Shown here one piece after another: positions 47,069 through 55,986 of a stretch of 64,000 nucleotides of DNA (the first letter of the stretch is position 1; each line of letters opens with the position of its first letter). Location: IMG/VR virus record IMGVR_UViG_3300042517_001086, one strand, 5' to 3'. Under the pieces are notes generated by a model, which worked only from the letters and a program-made list of their open reading frames with translations, had not been told where the DNA came from and ran no database searches. A program made the position numbers and the translations under genes. Origin of the DNA: an uncultured virus (IMG/VR IMGVR_UViG_3300042517_001086) (Duplodnaviria; Heunggongvirae; Uroviricota; Caudoviricetes).

Positions 47069-47992
47069 TTATAGATAATCTTCGAATCCGTAGCTCGGTA
47101 GTTTTTGTAAAGGAAAGCCATCAAAACCACTAAAAGCATAAGAGCCATTAGCAGATAGCATTCCAGCAGCAACATCAGCGTGGATTAAAAACGACCCTTC
47201 TGGAATAGGACCCCATTCTGGATGTCCACCATCATTCCATTTACCCCAGCTATTTTGAACGAGAAAAGCTGGTTCACTACCAGTATCATCACAAGCTATC
47301 CAGGCCATACAATGACCCCAGTTACCAGATGTTCTAGCAAATCCCTTTTTATCTCTAGTATTGCTAAATCCATAATTAGAGCATACAGCTAATCCATAAC
47401 CATTAGCTAAAGCATCACGGGCTTCTTCTACTGTTCGTATTAATGAAGCAGTCTTGATCTGGTGATCGTTAGAGAGATCTAGTACTTTATCTGGAAGACC
47501 TCTACCGCCCCAGCCCGCCCCTAAATTACCATTATATTTACTGAAATCTACAAAACCATAATTCTTTCTCACTACAAGACCACCAACCTTACTAACAAAT
47601 TCAGCTGCTCTAGCACAACTCATACCCTGTCCACTAAACCCTCTATATCCATAGATAGCTTCTGTTGCACCCCTTGCTATCCAATCCTCTCTCTCATTAT
47701 GTATATCTATTTCTACAGCTCGGGTTACATCACAAGCATTTCGCGTTCCGTGACTAACACAATCTCCAGTAGTTTGTCTTTCATTATAAGGATGTTTATC
47801 AAACTTTAACACACTTTTGTATGGTGTTGAAAGCTTACCTTTGCCACTACCACTAATTTTTTTACTAGCATCTCCAAATAATGGATACTTGGAAGTTTCC
47901 ATTAAGTGATCAAACACATGCTGTTCAAATAAACAACCGCTAAAACCCTTACGATAATTGTCATATAATTCTTTTGGAGTATATCGTGGCAT
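47069..47992 (-). CDS. Papain-like (C1) cysteine peptidase
   Basis: QTTGDCVSHG (catalytic Cys), WGHCM (His) and VQNSWG (Asn). Confidence 0.88.
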   Translation of the reverse strand: MPRYTPKELYDNYRKGFSGCLFEQHVFDHLMETSKYPLFGDASKKISGSGKGKLSTPYKSVLKFDKHPYNERQTTGDCVSHGTRNACDVTRAVEIDIHNEREDWIARGATEAIYGYRGFSGQGMSCARAAEFVSKVGGLVVRKNYGFVDFSKYNGNLGAGWGGRGLPDKVLDLSNDHQIKTASLIRTVEEARDALANGYGLAVCSNYGFSNTRDKKGFARTSGNWGHCMAWIACDDTGSEPAFLVQNSWGKWNDGGHPEWGPIPEGSFLIHADVAAGMLSANGSYAFSGFDGFPLQKLPSYGFEDYL

Positions 47993-48483
47993 TATTTTGA
48001 TCCCATGTTACAAGCCCAAGCTAAAGCATTAAGACCTTCTGCAGCTTTAACTCGTAGCTCTTTGGATAGTAGAATATGATCATCGCCTATAGCTGCAACA
48101 ACAACTTCTTTAGCTTCTTTTGCTAAATCTGGATATTTGCCTTTTATGTCTAGTTTAAGCATCACACCAGCTAAGCTATTTGCTTGACGAATTTCTTCAG
48201 TACTCTTAACTACTTCGTCTTCTCCATCAAGCTCCACAAGCTTTGCCAAATCAATGTAAAGATCTCTAAGTCTTTTAGCATCGTTTTTAGCCCCTGCTTC
48301 TTTTAGAAGAACAACAACATCATCTGCTTCTTTTTTGACGGCTGGGTCTGTTGGTTCTGGTAGCTCTAAAACATCAACTACTGCTGGTTTGTTTGGACCA
48401 AGAATATTTGAAAAGTCTGGCTTAAGCAAACCAACAACAATTAATAGACCAGCTAATACTAGTAGTACGTTTTTTTGATTCAT
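47992..48483 (-). CDS. N-terminally anchored helical protein
   Basis: TM segment VLLVLAGLLIVVGLL. Confidence 0.7.
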   Translation of the reverse strand: MNQKNVLLVLAGLLIVVGLLKPDFSNILGPNKPAVVDVLELPEPTDPAVKKEADDVVVLLKEAGAKNDAKRLRDLYIDLAKLVELDGEDEVVKSTEEIRQANSLAGVMLKLDIKGKYPDLAKEAKEVVVAAIGDDHILLSKELRVKAAEGLNALAWACNMGSK

Positions 48484-48872
48484 GATACCTTATCCTCATT
48501 TTGTTTACTGCATACATTGGGACTTAAATATGGGAACATCTGGTCTGCTACCTTAACAGCTTCAGAACATCCGCTCTGAACAGCAAGATCACGAGTTTGC
48601 TTCCATGAAACTACTAGCTTAAAAAATGTATCTTCTGAATCTGTTTTCTTTGGAACAACAACAGGAGAAACAGCAGGAACATTTACTACTGGGAGAGAAG
48701 TATTGTCTGTTGCTCCTCTGAGTTTTTCAATCATAGAACCTAATAGCTTTTGTACTGGATTAAGCTTATCCTTAAACATAACCCATAGTACGATACCAAC
48801 ACCAGCATATAGAGCCAAGTCCATTGTGCTCAATCTACTACTAAACTCTTGGAAACTTTCTGTAAAATTCAT
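48480..48872 (-). CDS. Single-TM hypothetical protein
   Basis: TM segment LALYAGVGIVLWVMF. Confidence 0.7.
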   Translation of the reverse strand: MNFTESFQEFSSRLSTMDLALYAGVGIVLWVMFKDKLNPVQKLLGSMIEKLRGATDNTSLPVVNVPAVSPVVVPKKTDSEDTFFKLVVSWKQTRDLAVQSGCSEAVKVADQMFPYLSPNVCSKQNEDKVS

Positions 48873-48883
48873 TTTAGCCTCTC

Positions 48884-49309
48884 TTATTTATCTGAAACTG
48901 ATGGAGTTTTATCTACGTCCGGAGTAATTACAACACTTGGATCAATGAAAATGCCATTATTCCTAAAAGTAATGACAAAAGCATCAATTGAAGAACTTAC
49001 TAAAAGCATTAACAATTGCTTGACATACTTCTGTATAATAGGCTGTAAAAGTTTTGGCACAAATGGAAAATTCACTAAAGTAAAAACTTGATCATAAAAG
49101 TTGCTAATCATAGTCATAGCAAGTGTTTTTTTATCAACCCCTTTAAGAGAGGGGTTATTATCTTCTATCTTTTGAATTACTTCGGCTGTAGCCAATTGCA
49201 ATACGTTCCATGCTTGTGGCATTGCTACTGCTTTGGCGTTTTTAAGTATTTCTTTAGCTTTAGCTACTAAATTTCCAAGATCATTTACTGGCAGGTTTTG
49301 GTTTTCCAT
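48884..49309 (-). CDS. Hypothetical protein, holin-like
   Basis: LKGVDKK and amphipathic helices, recalling the G.xKK motif of some phage holins. Confidence 0.5.
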   Translation of the reverse strand: MENQNLPVNDLGNLVAKAKEILKNAKAVAMPQAWNVLQLATAEVIQKIEDNNPSLKGVDKKTLAMTMISNFYDQVFTLVNFPFVPKLLQPIIQKYVKQLLMLLVSSSIDAFVITFRNNGIFIDPSVVITPDVDKTPSVSDK

Positions 49310-49613
49310 TTGTTTTTCTCTTTTTTCTTACTGTTGCTGGTTTGTCGTTCTTTTTGTTTGCTTCTTTTCTTTCTTCTGGAGTGGCTGTACTCCACCAAGT
49401 CTTTTTTAGGTCTGTTCTTCCTTTTACATATTTAAATAATACAGTTAGCTGTCCAATAATAAGGATTGTTGCTTCTAGACCTCTTGTAGTTTCTTGAATT
49501 AGGTCTTCTTTTTGAGAATTTTCACCTATAAGACCCATAAGATATAATCCGCTAAAAATAAAACTAACTACTGTAAACCAAAATTCTGAACTTTTCCAAC
49601 CGGGCTTAATCAT
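49281..49613 (-). CDS. Holin-like two-TM protein
   Basis: KPGWKSSEFW N-terminus, two hydrophobic helices, basic tail, AGGAG RBS. Confidence 0.6.
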   Translation of the reverse strand: MIKPGWKSSEFWFTVVSFIFSGLYLMGLIGENSQKEDLIQETTRGLEATILIIGQLTVLFKYVKGRTDLKKTWWSTATPEERKEANKKNDKPATVRKKRKTNGKPKPASK

Positions 49614-49655
49614 AATAGTTTATCTCCTATGTTAAAGACTGCTATTATATACTAT

Positions 49656-49662
49656 ATACACC
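49656..49662 (-). promoter_or_regulatory. GGTGTAT motif, candidate phage promoter
   Basis: GGTGTATATAGTATATAAT, ~45 nt upstream of the ATG at 49613. Confidence 0.6.
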
Positions 49663-49663
49663 G

Positions 49664-50359
49664 CTACAAGATCTTATCTGATTTAGCAATATTCAAATCC
49701 CACCACAATGGCTGCATATTAGTATAGTGAAAACAAATTTTTTGCTGTTCTGGATCAGAAAGGTCAAAACTGGCGCATGGAATTATGTGGTCAATATGCC
49801 ATCCTTTGGGGCCATAGGCTTCCCAGTTCAGTCTAGGATCTTTATAAAATTGTGATTCCAGATGTTGTTTAAACTCTTCAATAGAACAACCCAATAATTC
49901 TGTTGTAGCTTGAGATTTATAGTATCCTTTAATACTAGCTACTATTCTTTTTTGTAAAATACTTTTTAACCTATAAGAAAGATCAGAATAATATTTTTTA
50001 TGCTGCCACTTATTTGCACTTTGTCTAATTTTTTCTTTATTATTAATCCTATAATTTTTCATATACTCGGGCTTATTTAGTCTTTGTTCTTTCTGATAAG
50101 CTAGCTTAGTTTCTCGTTGTCTTGAATATCTTTGTTTATCTATTGTTTTATTATGCTCTTTATTTTTAATTTTATAGTCTTTAGATTTTTTTATTCTATC
50201 TTCTCTATTTTTAATATATCTATTGTGCTGATTAGCCTTATCACAACTTTTACACTGAGCTAGTTTGCCATATTTACCAGTTTTACTATTCGGAAAATCA
50301 TTAAGTTGTTTTGTAATATTACATTGATTACATGTTTTGGTTTGAGTCATAATAAACAC
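49664..50359 (-). mobile_element. Free-standing HNH-type homing endonuclease gene
   Basis: CNQC...CKSC, basic repeats, LLGCS, WHIDHIIPCASFDL and FHYTNMQPLW..N. Confidence 0.8.
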
Positions 50360-50368
50360 GGTTTAGTA

Positions 50369-51241
50369 TTATGCGTTTTGATCAACAAATCCGAAACAAA
50401 CCGTACAATAATTTTCACTAACAGTATAATTGAAAGTTACAGTAGTTACAGTTCCATCTATTCGAATTATATTATATCCTTCTTCTCCGGTAAACTGAGA
50501 ATATTGTGTAGCATTTACTGGATTTTGATATGTTGTAAGTGTTTCCCATATTGGAGTAAATGATGCTGATACTTGTACAGGAACTGGGGTACCTCCTTGA
50601 CCAACGCTAGCAAATGCAACCAACGCGTCGGTAACAGGTTGACTAAAAGTTGCAGTAAAAATACCAGATTGAGTATTCTTAATTTGAGTTCCACTAAGTG
50701 GTACTCCGTAAGCTTCGGGGAAGGTTGTGCCACCAACCATACCATCGTGGGCATCCATACCTCCGCCAGTTTGTGTTATTGAGATTGTGATATTGTTTTG
50801 ACCAATTCCAGAAGCGGAGGTTGAAGTAACAGAGCTGATATTCATCCACTGAAACCCAGAACTACCAAAACTACAAAACTTCTCACCAGAATAAGGAGCT
50901 GGCCAGTTTACTAACCAAGGATAGCTTGCATAACTATATGCTCTCGTAATCTCCCCTTCTGCTCCAATATAAAGCCATACTCCTGTCTCGTATCGGACAG
51001 TTTCGTCTCCATAGGTATAGGTCTCACGACCATAAGGAGCATATCCAATAGGAGCAAGAGTTCTGTCACCAGAAACCCATCCTATCATTTTGACACTAGC
51101 AACTGAATCTGTACAACTTTCTGATGTACTTCCAAATACTAGATTCTCGCCAAGGAATATTTTAGAAACACTATTATCTCCTAATTTAATAGAAGTTATG
51201 TTAGAGTTACTTAAAAATATATCACTATTTACTGTTGGCAT
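50369..51241 (-). CDS. Putative virion/tail-fibre-associated protein
   Basis: ITSIKLG..VSKIFLGENLVF N-terminus typical of tail-fibre accessory proteins; Ser/Thr/Gly-rich. Confidence 0.5.
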   Translation of the reverse strand: MPTVNSDIFLSNSNITSIKLGDNSVSKIFLGENLVFGSTSESCTDSVASVKMIGWVSGDRTLAPIGYAPYGRETYTYGDETVRYETGVWLYIGAEGEITRAYSYASYPWLVNWPAPYSGEKFCSFGSSGFQWMNISSVTSTSASGIGQNNITISITQTGGGMDAHDGMVGGTTFPEAYGVPLSGTQIKNTQSGIFTATFSQPVTDALVAFASVGQGGTPVPVQVSASFTPIWETLTTYQNPVNATQYSQFTGEEGYNIIRIDGTVTTVTFNYTVSENYCTVCFGFVDQNA

Positions 51242-51253
51242 ACAAATTTATCC

Positions 51254-51514
51254 TTAGCCATTAACTATGTATAGTGTATTAGTATCTTTTGTAGCAAGAG
51301 CATCGTAGTTGCTTTGAGAAATACTAATCATATTTGTTATACGAATAGAATTATTAACTAAGCTAGTATTGCTTTGAACTAAACCAGAATGAAGAACAGA
51401 TACTGGGACTTTTTTTGTTAAAGCAGACCCTGATGGATCGTCCATAATTAAAAATATATCATCACTAGTCAGAGCACTAGCTGCTGGAAATTCATTAATA
51501 CGTTGTATACTCAT
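51254..51514 (-). CDS. Putative tail-fibre-associated small protein
   Basis: RINEFPAA..L..DD...TKK and ISQSNYDALATKDTNTLYIV motifs. Confidence 0.6.
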   Translation of the reverse strand: MSIQRINEFPAASALTSDDIFLIMDDPSGSALTKKVPVSVLHSGLVQSNTSLVNNSIRITNMISISQSNYDALATKDTNTLYIVNG

Positions 51515-51727
51515 TTAACCACCTATTACTGTTTGGTCGCCGACTAATTGAACAAAAATACCATTATAGAATCTATTATCATATTTTGTTTCAATATCAC
51601 TAATTGTTGGAGTGTTTTTAACATACGTGTCGATTGTTGAGTATTCTCCGGTAACTGTTGTTGTAACAACGGTTGTTCCGTTTTTTATTTGATTAGCACT
51701 AATTGCTTTATTTATATCGTTTGCCAT
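51515..51727 (-). CDS. Hypothetical protein
   Basis: Thr-rich 70-aa ORF. Confidence 0.6.
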   Translation of the reverse strand: MANDINKAISANQIKNGTTVVTTTVTGEYSTIDTYVKNTPTISDIETKYDNRFYNGIFVQLVGDQTVIGG

Positions 51728-51730
51728 AAA

Positions 51731-52048
51731 TTACCTTTCTATTCTGTCTTCTAAAGTTTCTAAAGTTTTGCCAAGCATTGCTATTTGAATTTTCAGTTCT
51801 GTCATAACTTCTGTATTTCTTTGAAGAGCCAGCGCGAAAGCTGCTTGACTTTCTTTGTTAGAAGCTAACCTTTCCATAATAAATTGTTTATCATGAAGGT
51901 ATGGAGATTGTGTTTCTATCATAACCAAAACCTCTGATTTAGTTGCCATATTTCTACCAATAGCCACCCAAAATCCAACCATTGTTACTATAATTCCAAT
52001 ACTTGTTGTGGCTATGTTCTCCCAGAAATGAATAATGGTTTCAGACAT
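51731..52048 (-). CDS. TM plus coiled-coil protein
   Basis: TM segment IGIIVTMVGFWVAI followed by heptads. Confidence 0.65.
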   Translation of the reverse strand: MSETIIHFWENIATTSIGIIVTMVGFWVAIGRNMATKSEVLVMIETQSPYLHDKQFIMERLASNKESQAAFALALQRNTEVMTELKIQIAMLGKTLETLEDRIER

Positions 52049-52097
52049 TATGGAAGCCTTTTATAAGATTTTTAGAAAGTGTTATTCTTTAGATATA

Positions 52098-52104
52098 ATA
52101 CACC
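52098..52104 (-). promoter_or_regulatory. GGTGTAT motif immediately after a terminator
   Basis: GGTGTATTATATCT directly follows the T-tract. Confidence 0.6.
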
Positions 52105-52107
52105 TAT

Positions 52108-52140
52108 AAAAAAAGAACCAGAAAGATGATTCCTGGTTCT
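52108..52140 (-). terminator. Rho-independent terminator
   Basis: Minus strand AGAACCAGGAA-TCATC-TTTCTGGTTCT followed by a T-tract. Confidence 0.85.
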
Positions 52141-52168
52141 CTTCTTATTGGTAGAATTTAATTAACTA

Positions 52169-52726
52169 TTAGCCATTTTTAGCTGGATAGTTTTTTGCAA
52201 TAGCAACAGGAGCGCCACTCTTGAATCTCATAGAACCGGGAACGCTTCTGGTGGGACTAGCAGCATTATCTGTACCTGGGGTTTCTGTAACAGCTGTTGG
52301 GGCAGTTGTGAACCTACCTGTGTAAAGACTAAAGTAGCCAGCTCTGATAGCGGTTGCGGTGCCGGGTGATCTGTAGCTTTCTCTCTTGTTAATGCTTCTT
52401 AATTGACCAGGAACATTAGCTGTAGTTGATAAAGCACTACTGGCAACTCCACCAAGCTCTGAGGTTACTTTGGCAGTTATGGGCTTGACATGATCGTGGG
52501 CGATAGTTCCTTCAGAAATAGCCTTGTTTGTGTAATCTCCATCAATAACTGTTGAAGCGAAAACACCAACATTTACTTGTCCTAGTGAACTATTCTCTAA
52601 GACAGAGGATACTGTGCCGACTCTTTTAGCTGTACCGTGATTATTATTTGTAGAGCTACCACTCCAGTATGTGCCTGTTGAGGCTGCTCCACCTTGTTGA
52701 ATTGTAGCCATTTTATAAAACTCCAT
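52169..52726 (-). CDS. Ala/Gly/Ser/Thr-rich putative structural protein (probable start MATIQQ)
   Basis: Composition, GGAG RBS, and its own motif upstream and terminator downstream. Confidence 0.6.
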   Translation of the reverse strand: MEFYKMATIQQGGAASTGTYWSGSSTNNNHGTAKRVGTVSSVLENSSLGQVNVGVFASTVIDGDYTNKAISEGTIAHDHVKPITAKVTSELGGVASSALSTTANVPGQLRSINKRESYRSPGTATAIRAGYFSLYTGRFTTAPTAVTETPGTDNAASPTRSVPGSMRFKSGAPVAIAKNYPAKNG

Positions 52727-52767
52727 GAAGATTTAAGGAAAGAAACAAGTATATACTTATTATTCGT

Positions 52768-52774
52768 ATACACC
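52768..52774 (-). promoter_or_regulatory. GGTGTAT motif, candidate phage promoter
   Basis: GGTGTATACGAATAAT in the intergenic gap. Confidence 0.55.
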
Positions 52775-52787
52775 TAAAAACAGAGAA

Positions 52788-53429
52788 TTAGCTATTTATT
52801 AGCTGTAAACCGTTTAGGGAATTGATTCTTAAACCGTATAATTGGTTATTTTTAACCATTTTTAGATGATTACTATTCCACAAATTACCATTACAGATAA
52901 TATTGATATTTGGAACTTTCTTATTAATTAGAGCAGAAGCTATGATATTGTCGCCAATATCGTCTAAAGAGTATCCAGTTGAGGGATAGATTGTTTTAAC
53001 ATTAAAGTCATATAAGATTTGGGCAACTTTATAGAGCAGCTCGTAGGAGTATTGCCTATATTCTAAAACGTATCTTAGTTCAACATTTAGGGAAGAACAT
53101 AGATTAGTTAATTGTTTAATGTCATCCCTAAACTTATCATACTTCCTGTTGCACAATAGCTGTGCTGGGCAAACTGCCTCAATTATATCAACATTATTTT
53201 TTAAACAAAAATCAACTACTGATAGTCTGGATTTTATATCTAACACACCCATTGGATAATCTATCGGGCAAGAAATCTTTGCAGCATTGTTTACTAAAGA
53301 CTTTACAAGTCTGGCATATGGCGGAAGTACAGATATTGTCTGCACATTGTGTTTTAAAGCTTCTGTTAAGTTGCCTTGAATTTCGGCATCATTAGAAGCG
53401 ATATCATAATATGAATATTCTAATAGCAT
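52788..53429 (-). CDS. DeoC (DERA)-like TIM-barrel protein, catalytic lysines absent
   Basis: SVLPPY, IDYPMG, YVLE, YPSTGY (for KTSTG), ICNGNL (for KASGGI) and RINS. Confidence 0.8.
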   Translation of the reverse strand: MLLEYSYYDIASNDAEIQGNLTEALKHNVQTISVLPPYARLVKSLVNNAAKISCPIDYPMGVLDIKSRLSVVDFCLKNNVDIIEAVCPAQLLCNRKYDKFRDDIKQLTNLCSSLNVELRYVLEYRQYSYELLYKVAQILYDFNVKTIYPSTGYSLDDIGDNIIASALINKKVPNINIICNGNLWNSNHLKMVKNNQLYGLRINSLNGLQLINS

Positions 53430-54100
53430 TATTTTTTAAGTGAGTCTATATTGGGATATTTTTTAGTGCCAAGAATACCATCGGCAAAGCCGTAATATAC
53501 TGCTTCTTCAGCCGTTAATATCCAATCGCATTTATTAGCAAGTTGTGAGACTATGTGTTTTTTTGCCATCATTTTTTTCCAATTTTTCTCTTTAGCTATC
53601 ATACTATTCATACACCTGTCAGTAAAAATATCAACCATCTTATCACACTCGTTTTCGTTCCATCTAATGCCAGCCGCAGCAGCTTTGCTGTGTTCCCCAT
53701 CCATACTAAATGACCCATAATGAATCATAACATGTGTATTTGGCATCAATATTCTAAGGTCGGCAGCTTGTAATAAAACACTACTAGAAGATTCTGCTTT
53801 AGCATAAGCGAGGATGATAACTTTAGCTTTTGATGCCCTGACAGCATCATACATACCTAGGCAGTCTTGCCAGTCTCCTCCTGGTAAATGCATATGAACT
53901 AAAATTGGTTCTAGAGATAATAGGTTTAAGTACCTGAGATTTTTTTCAAGTACTATAGCAGACCTATAGTCAACACCACCTTCTTCACTATCTCCTAAAT
54001 ATGAATGTAGATATATTTCTCTGTTTTTTGTATCTATATTATATGAGTGTATTGATTGTAATTCGCTTTCAAGTTCAGTAAATGATTTGGCTGTTGACAT
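53429..54100 (-). CDS. clpP: ClpP-like serine protease
   Basis: REIYL, PGG...GMYD, AESSS (Ser), MIH (His) and DWILTAEEAVYYGFAD (Asp). Confidence 0.85.
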   Translation of the reverse strand: MSTAKSFTELESELQSIHSYNIDTKNREIYLHSYLGDSEEGGVDYRSAIVLEKNLRYLNLLSLEPILVHMHLPGGDWQDCLGMYDAVRASKAKVIILAYAKAESSSSVLLQAADLRILMPNTHVMIHYGSFSMDGEHSKAAAAGIRWNENECDKMVDIFTDRCMNSMIAKEKNWKKMMAKKHIVSQLANKCDWILTAEEAVYYGFADGILGTKKYPNIDSLKK

Positions 54101-54102
54101 TG

Positions 54103-54534
54103 TTATGATAGCTCCGAGTATACTCTCTTATTTATATCTCTCATTACCGAAGAATCATCAAAAGCTTTACCAACAGCAATTCGGAATCTGTATCTAGTAA
54201 AAATATCTAGGGTTTCAACCCCATCGGTTTTTTCGATAACATCAGCAACTTTATGAGTAATATCAAAGTTAGTATGCCCAATCCAAAAATTAAAAATCTT
54301 TCCACTCATAGTATTATCAGTGACTGGTATAATGCCCATTGGCGTAGCAATAACTTTTACTCTTTGTGTTGTATTAATTATTTTATTCTCTTGCTCCTCA
54401 TCATTAATGTTTTCAGTAGTACCATCTGATTCTTGTTCTTCATAATCTGCAAGATATGGATCATGCTCCAGCTCTTCTGCGTCATCAGATCCAAATGGAT
54501 CAAGCCACTTTTGCCATGAGATAAGATTGATCAT
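54103..54534 (-). CDS. Hypothetical protein
   Basis: Acidic N-terminus and FWIGHTNF...GVE...RY.F.IAVGKAF. Confidence 0.7.
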   Translation of the reverse strand: MINLISWQKWLDPFGSDDAEELEHDPYLADYEEQESDGTTENINDEEQENKIINTTQRVKVIATPMGIIPVTDNTMSGKIFNFWIGHTNFDITHKVADVIEKTDGVETLDIFTRYRFRIAVGKAFDDSSVMRDINKRVYSELS

Positions 54535-54573
54535 ATAATTGATACTTTGTTTAAACTCTTATTTTTTTTAGAG

Positions 54574-54600
54574 ATACCATGTATAATACACCCATGGTAT
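54574..54600 (-). promoter_or_regulatory. GGTGTAT motif inside an 8-bp inverted repeat
   Basis: Plus strand ATACCATG-tataatacacc-CATGGTAT. Confidence 0.55.
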
Positions 54601-54630
54601 AGTAATAAGAAATTGGCCGACAAACAACAG

Positions 54631-55047
54631 CTATTTGGAGTTAAATACAGATCTTGGTCTGATTAGTGGGCCATTATCAATTAGTTTTTTCTCAAATTCG
54701 GTTTTTATAACATCATAATATGATAGAACATTATCATAAAATAATTGCTCTTTATCATTATTCGTGTTTTTGATTTTATTACGAATTGTTGTCAATAATT
54801 TTGGTTCCATTAGATTATTAGTAACATAAATCAACAATTCTGCAAATTTCTCTGCTTCTGTTGAAATTTCAACTAGAGATAATTTATCTAACTTTGGATG
54901 CAAAACTATGATATCAACCATGTCGTCTGGATGTAGAATTACACTTAGACTATGCATCTCCTCTGCTATAGACTCTTCTTGGGTTTTTTCTTTAGCCACA
55001 GAGGGCTGTTTTTTACTTAGCCAATAACGAAAGAGTTCTTGTAGCAT
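54631..55047 (-). CDS. Hypothetical protein
   Basis: 138-aa ORF ending PLIRPRSVF. Confidence 0.65.
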   Translation of the reverse strand: MLQELFRYWLSKKQPSVAKEKTQEESIAEEMHSLSVILHPDDMVDIIVLHPKLDKLSLVEISTEAEKFAELLIYVTNNLMEPKLLTTIRNKIKNTNNDKEQLFYDNVLSYYDVIKTEFEKKLIDNGPLIRPRSVFNSK

Positions 55048-55438
55048 TTGGTGGTAGTATATCGGTGTTAAGATCTATGGTTCTAGTATAGCTATTTATT
55101 ATAGTAGTTTCATAATTAACAAAACAAATATAATATATATCAAGCTGAGAAGTTATGATAATGTCAACTAATTTAGGATTTGTTCCAGAGGTTTCTTTTA
55201 TACATCTATTCAACAGCATTGATAGAAGCTCATTAATGTCTTGATTAGGCTCTAGTTCAACAGAAGGCAGTCTTAGAGTATAATCAGCTAATGAGAGTAT
55301 CTCATATCTGTTCTTGGAATGAATAAAAATTGGAATAATAAGATTAAGCTGTGCATTTATCATAAGATCGAATAATATCCAGTGCTCTCTTAATGTTTTG
55401 CCTAATTGCTTCTCTAGAGACACCAAACTTTTTACCAA
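55013..55438 (-). CDS. Hypothetical protein (probable start MINAQL), weakly Nudix-like
   Basis: YEILS...LRLPS...DINE layout without a canonical Nudix box. Confidence 0.5.
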   Translation of the reverse strand: MVKSLVSLEKQLGKTLREHWILFDLMINAQLNLIIPIFIHSKNRYEILSLADYTLRLPSVELEPNQDINELLSMLLNRCIKETSGTNPKLVDIIITSQLDIYYICFVNYETTIINSYTRTIDLNTDILPPNATRTLSLLAK

Positions 55439-55943
55439 TATATGACAAAGTATGATTTTCTAGATAATACATTTTAATCTGTATTTTCTGTTTGTCAGAT
55501 AAAATGCTATTATTCAGTAGCTGATCGATGCTTGATGTTAACCGTGAAGACTCTTCTTTATCTATTAAAATATCTACTGGATCCATTGCCTTCTCATCAG
55601 ATATAGAAGAATAGAATGACGAGTCTGAACCCTCTTCACTAAAATTAAGACTGATACTTGTATCGAGATGTTTTTTGTATTTATTAGTTACATATGTCTT
55701 AATTGCCCATATTGCACACTGATTACGATATGAGTATAGTGTCTTTTTCTGACCACTTTTCCCAGGTCTATTTGGATCAAATCTCCAATCGGCATACATA
55801 ATGGCTGTTGCAACATCTGATACTGCATCAGTGTTTTTCAACATTTCTGCTGAGAGACCATTGTAAAATCTTGGTCCAAATTTCACTATGGTTTTTTTTG
55901 CTAGGTTTATATACGAATCCAAACTGTCATACGTTCTGTCCAT
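55344..55943 (-). CDS. Phage-encoded sigma70-family sigma factor (regions 2 and 4)
   Basis: AIMYADWRFDP...LYSYRNQCAIWAI (region 2); LSDKQK..IKMYYLE..TLSYIGKKFGVSREAIRQ..KRAL (region 4 HTH). Confidence 0.85.
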   Translation of the reverse strand: MDRTYDSLDSYINLAKKTIVKFGPRFYNGLSAEMLKNTDAVSDVATAIMYADWRFDPNRPGKSGQKKTLYSYRNQCAIWAIKTYVTNKYKKHLDTSISLNFSEEGSDSSFYSSISDEKAMDPVDILIDKEESSRLTSSIDQLLNNSILSDKQKIQIKMYYLENHTLSYIGKKFGVSREAIRQNIKRALDIIRSYDKCTA

Positions 55944-55986
55944 TAAAAGTCCTTTTGTATAAAATAAAATCTTAATTGAAAGTGTC

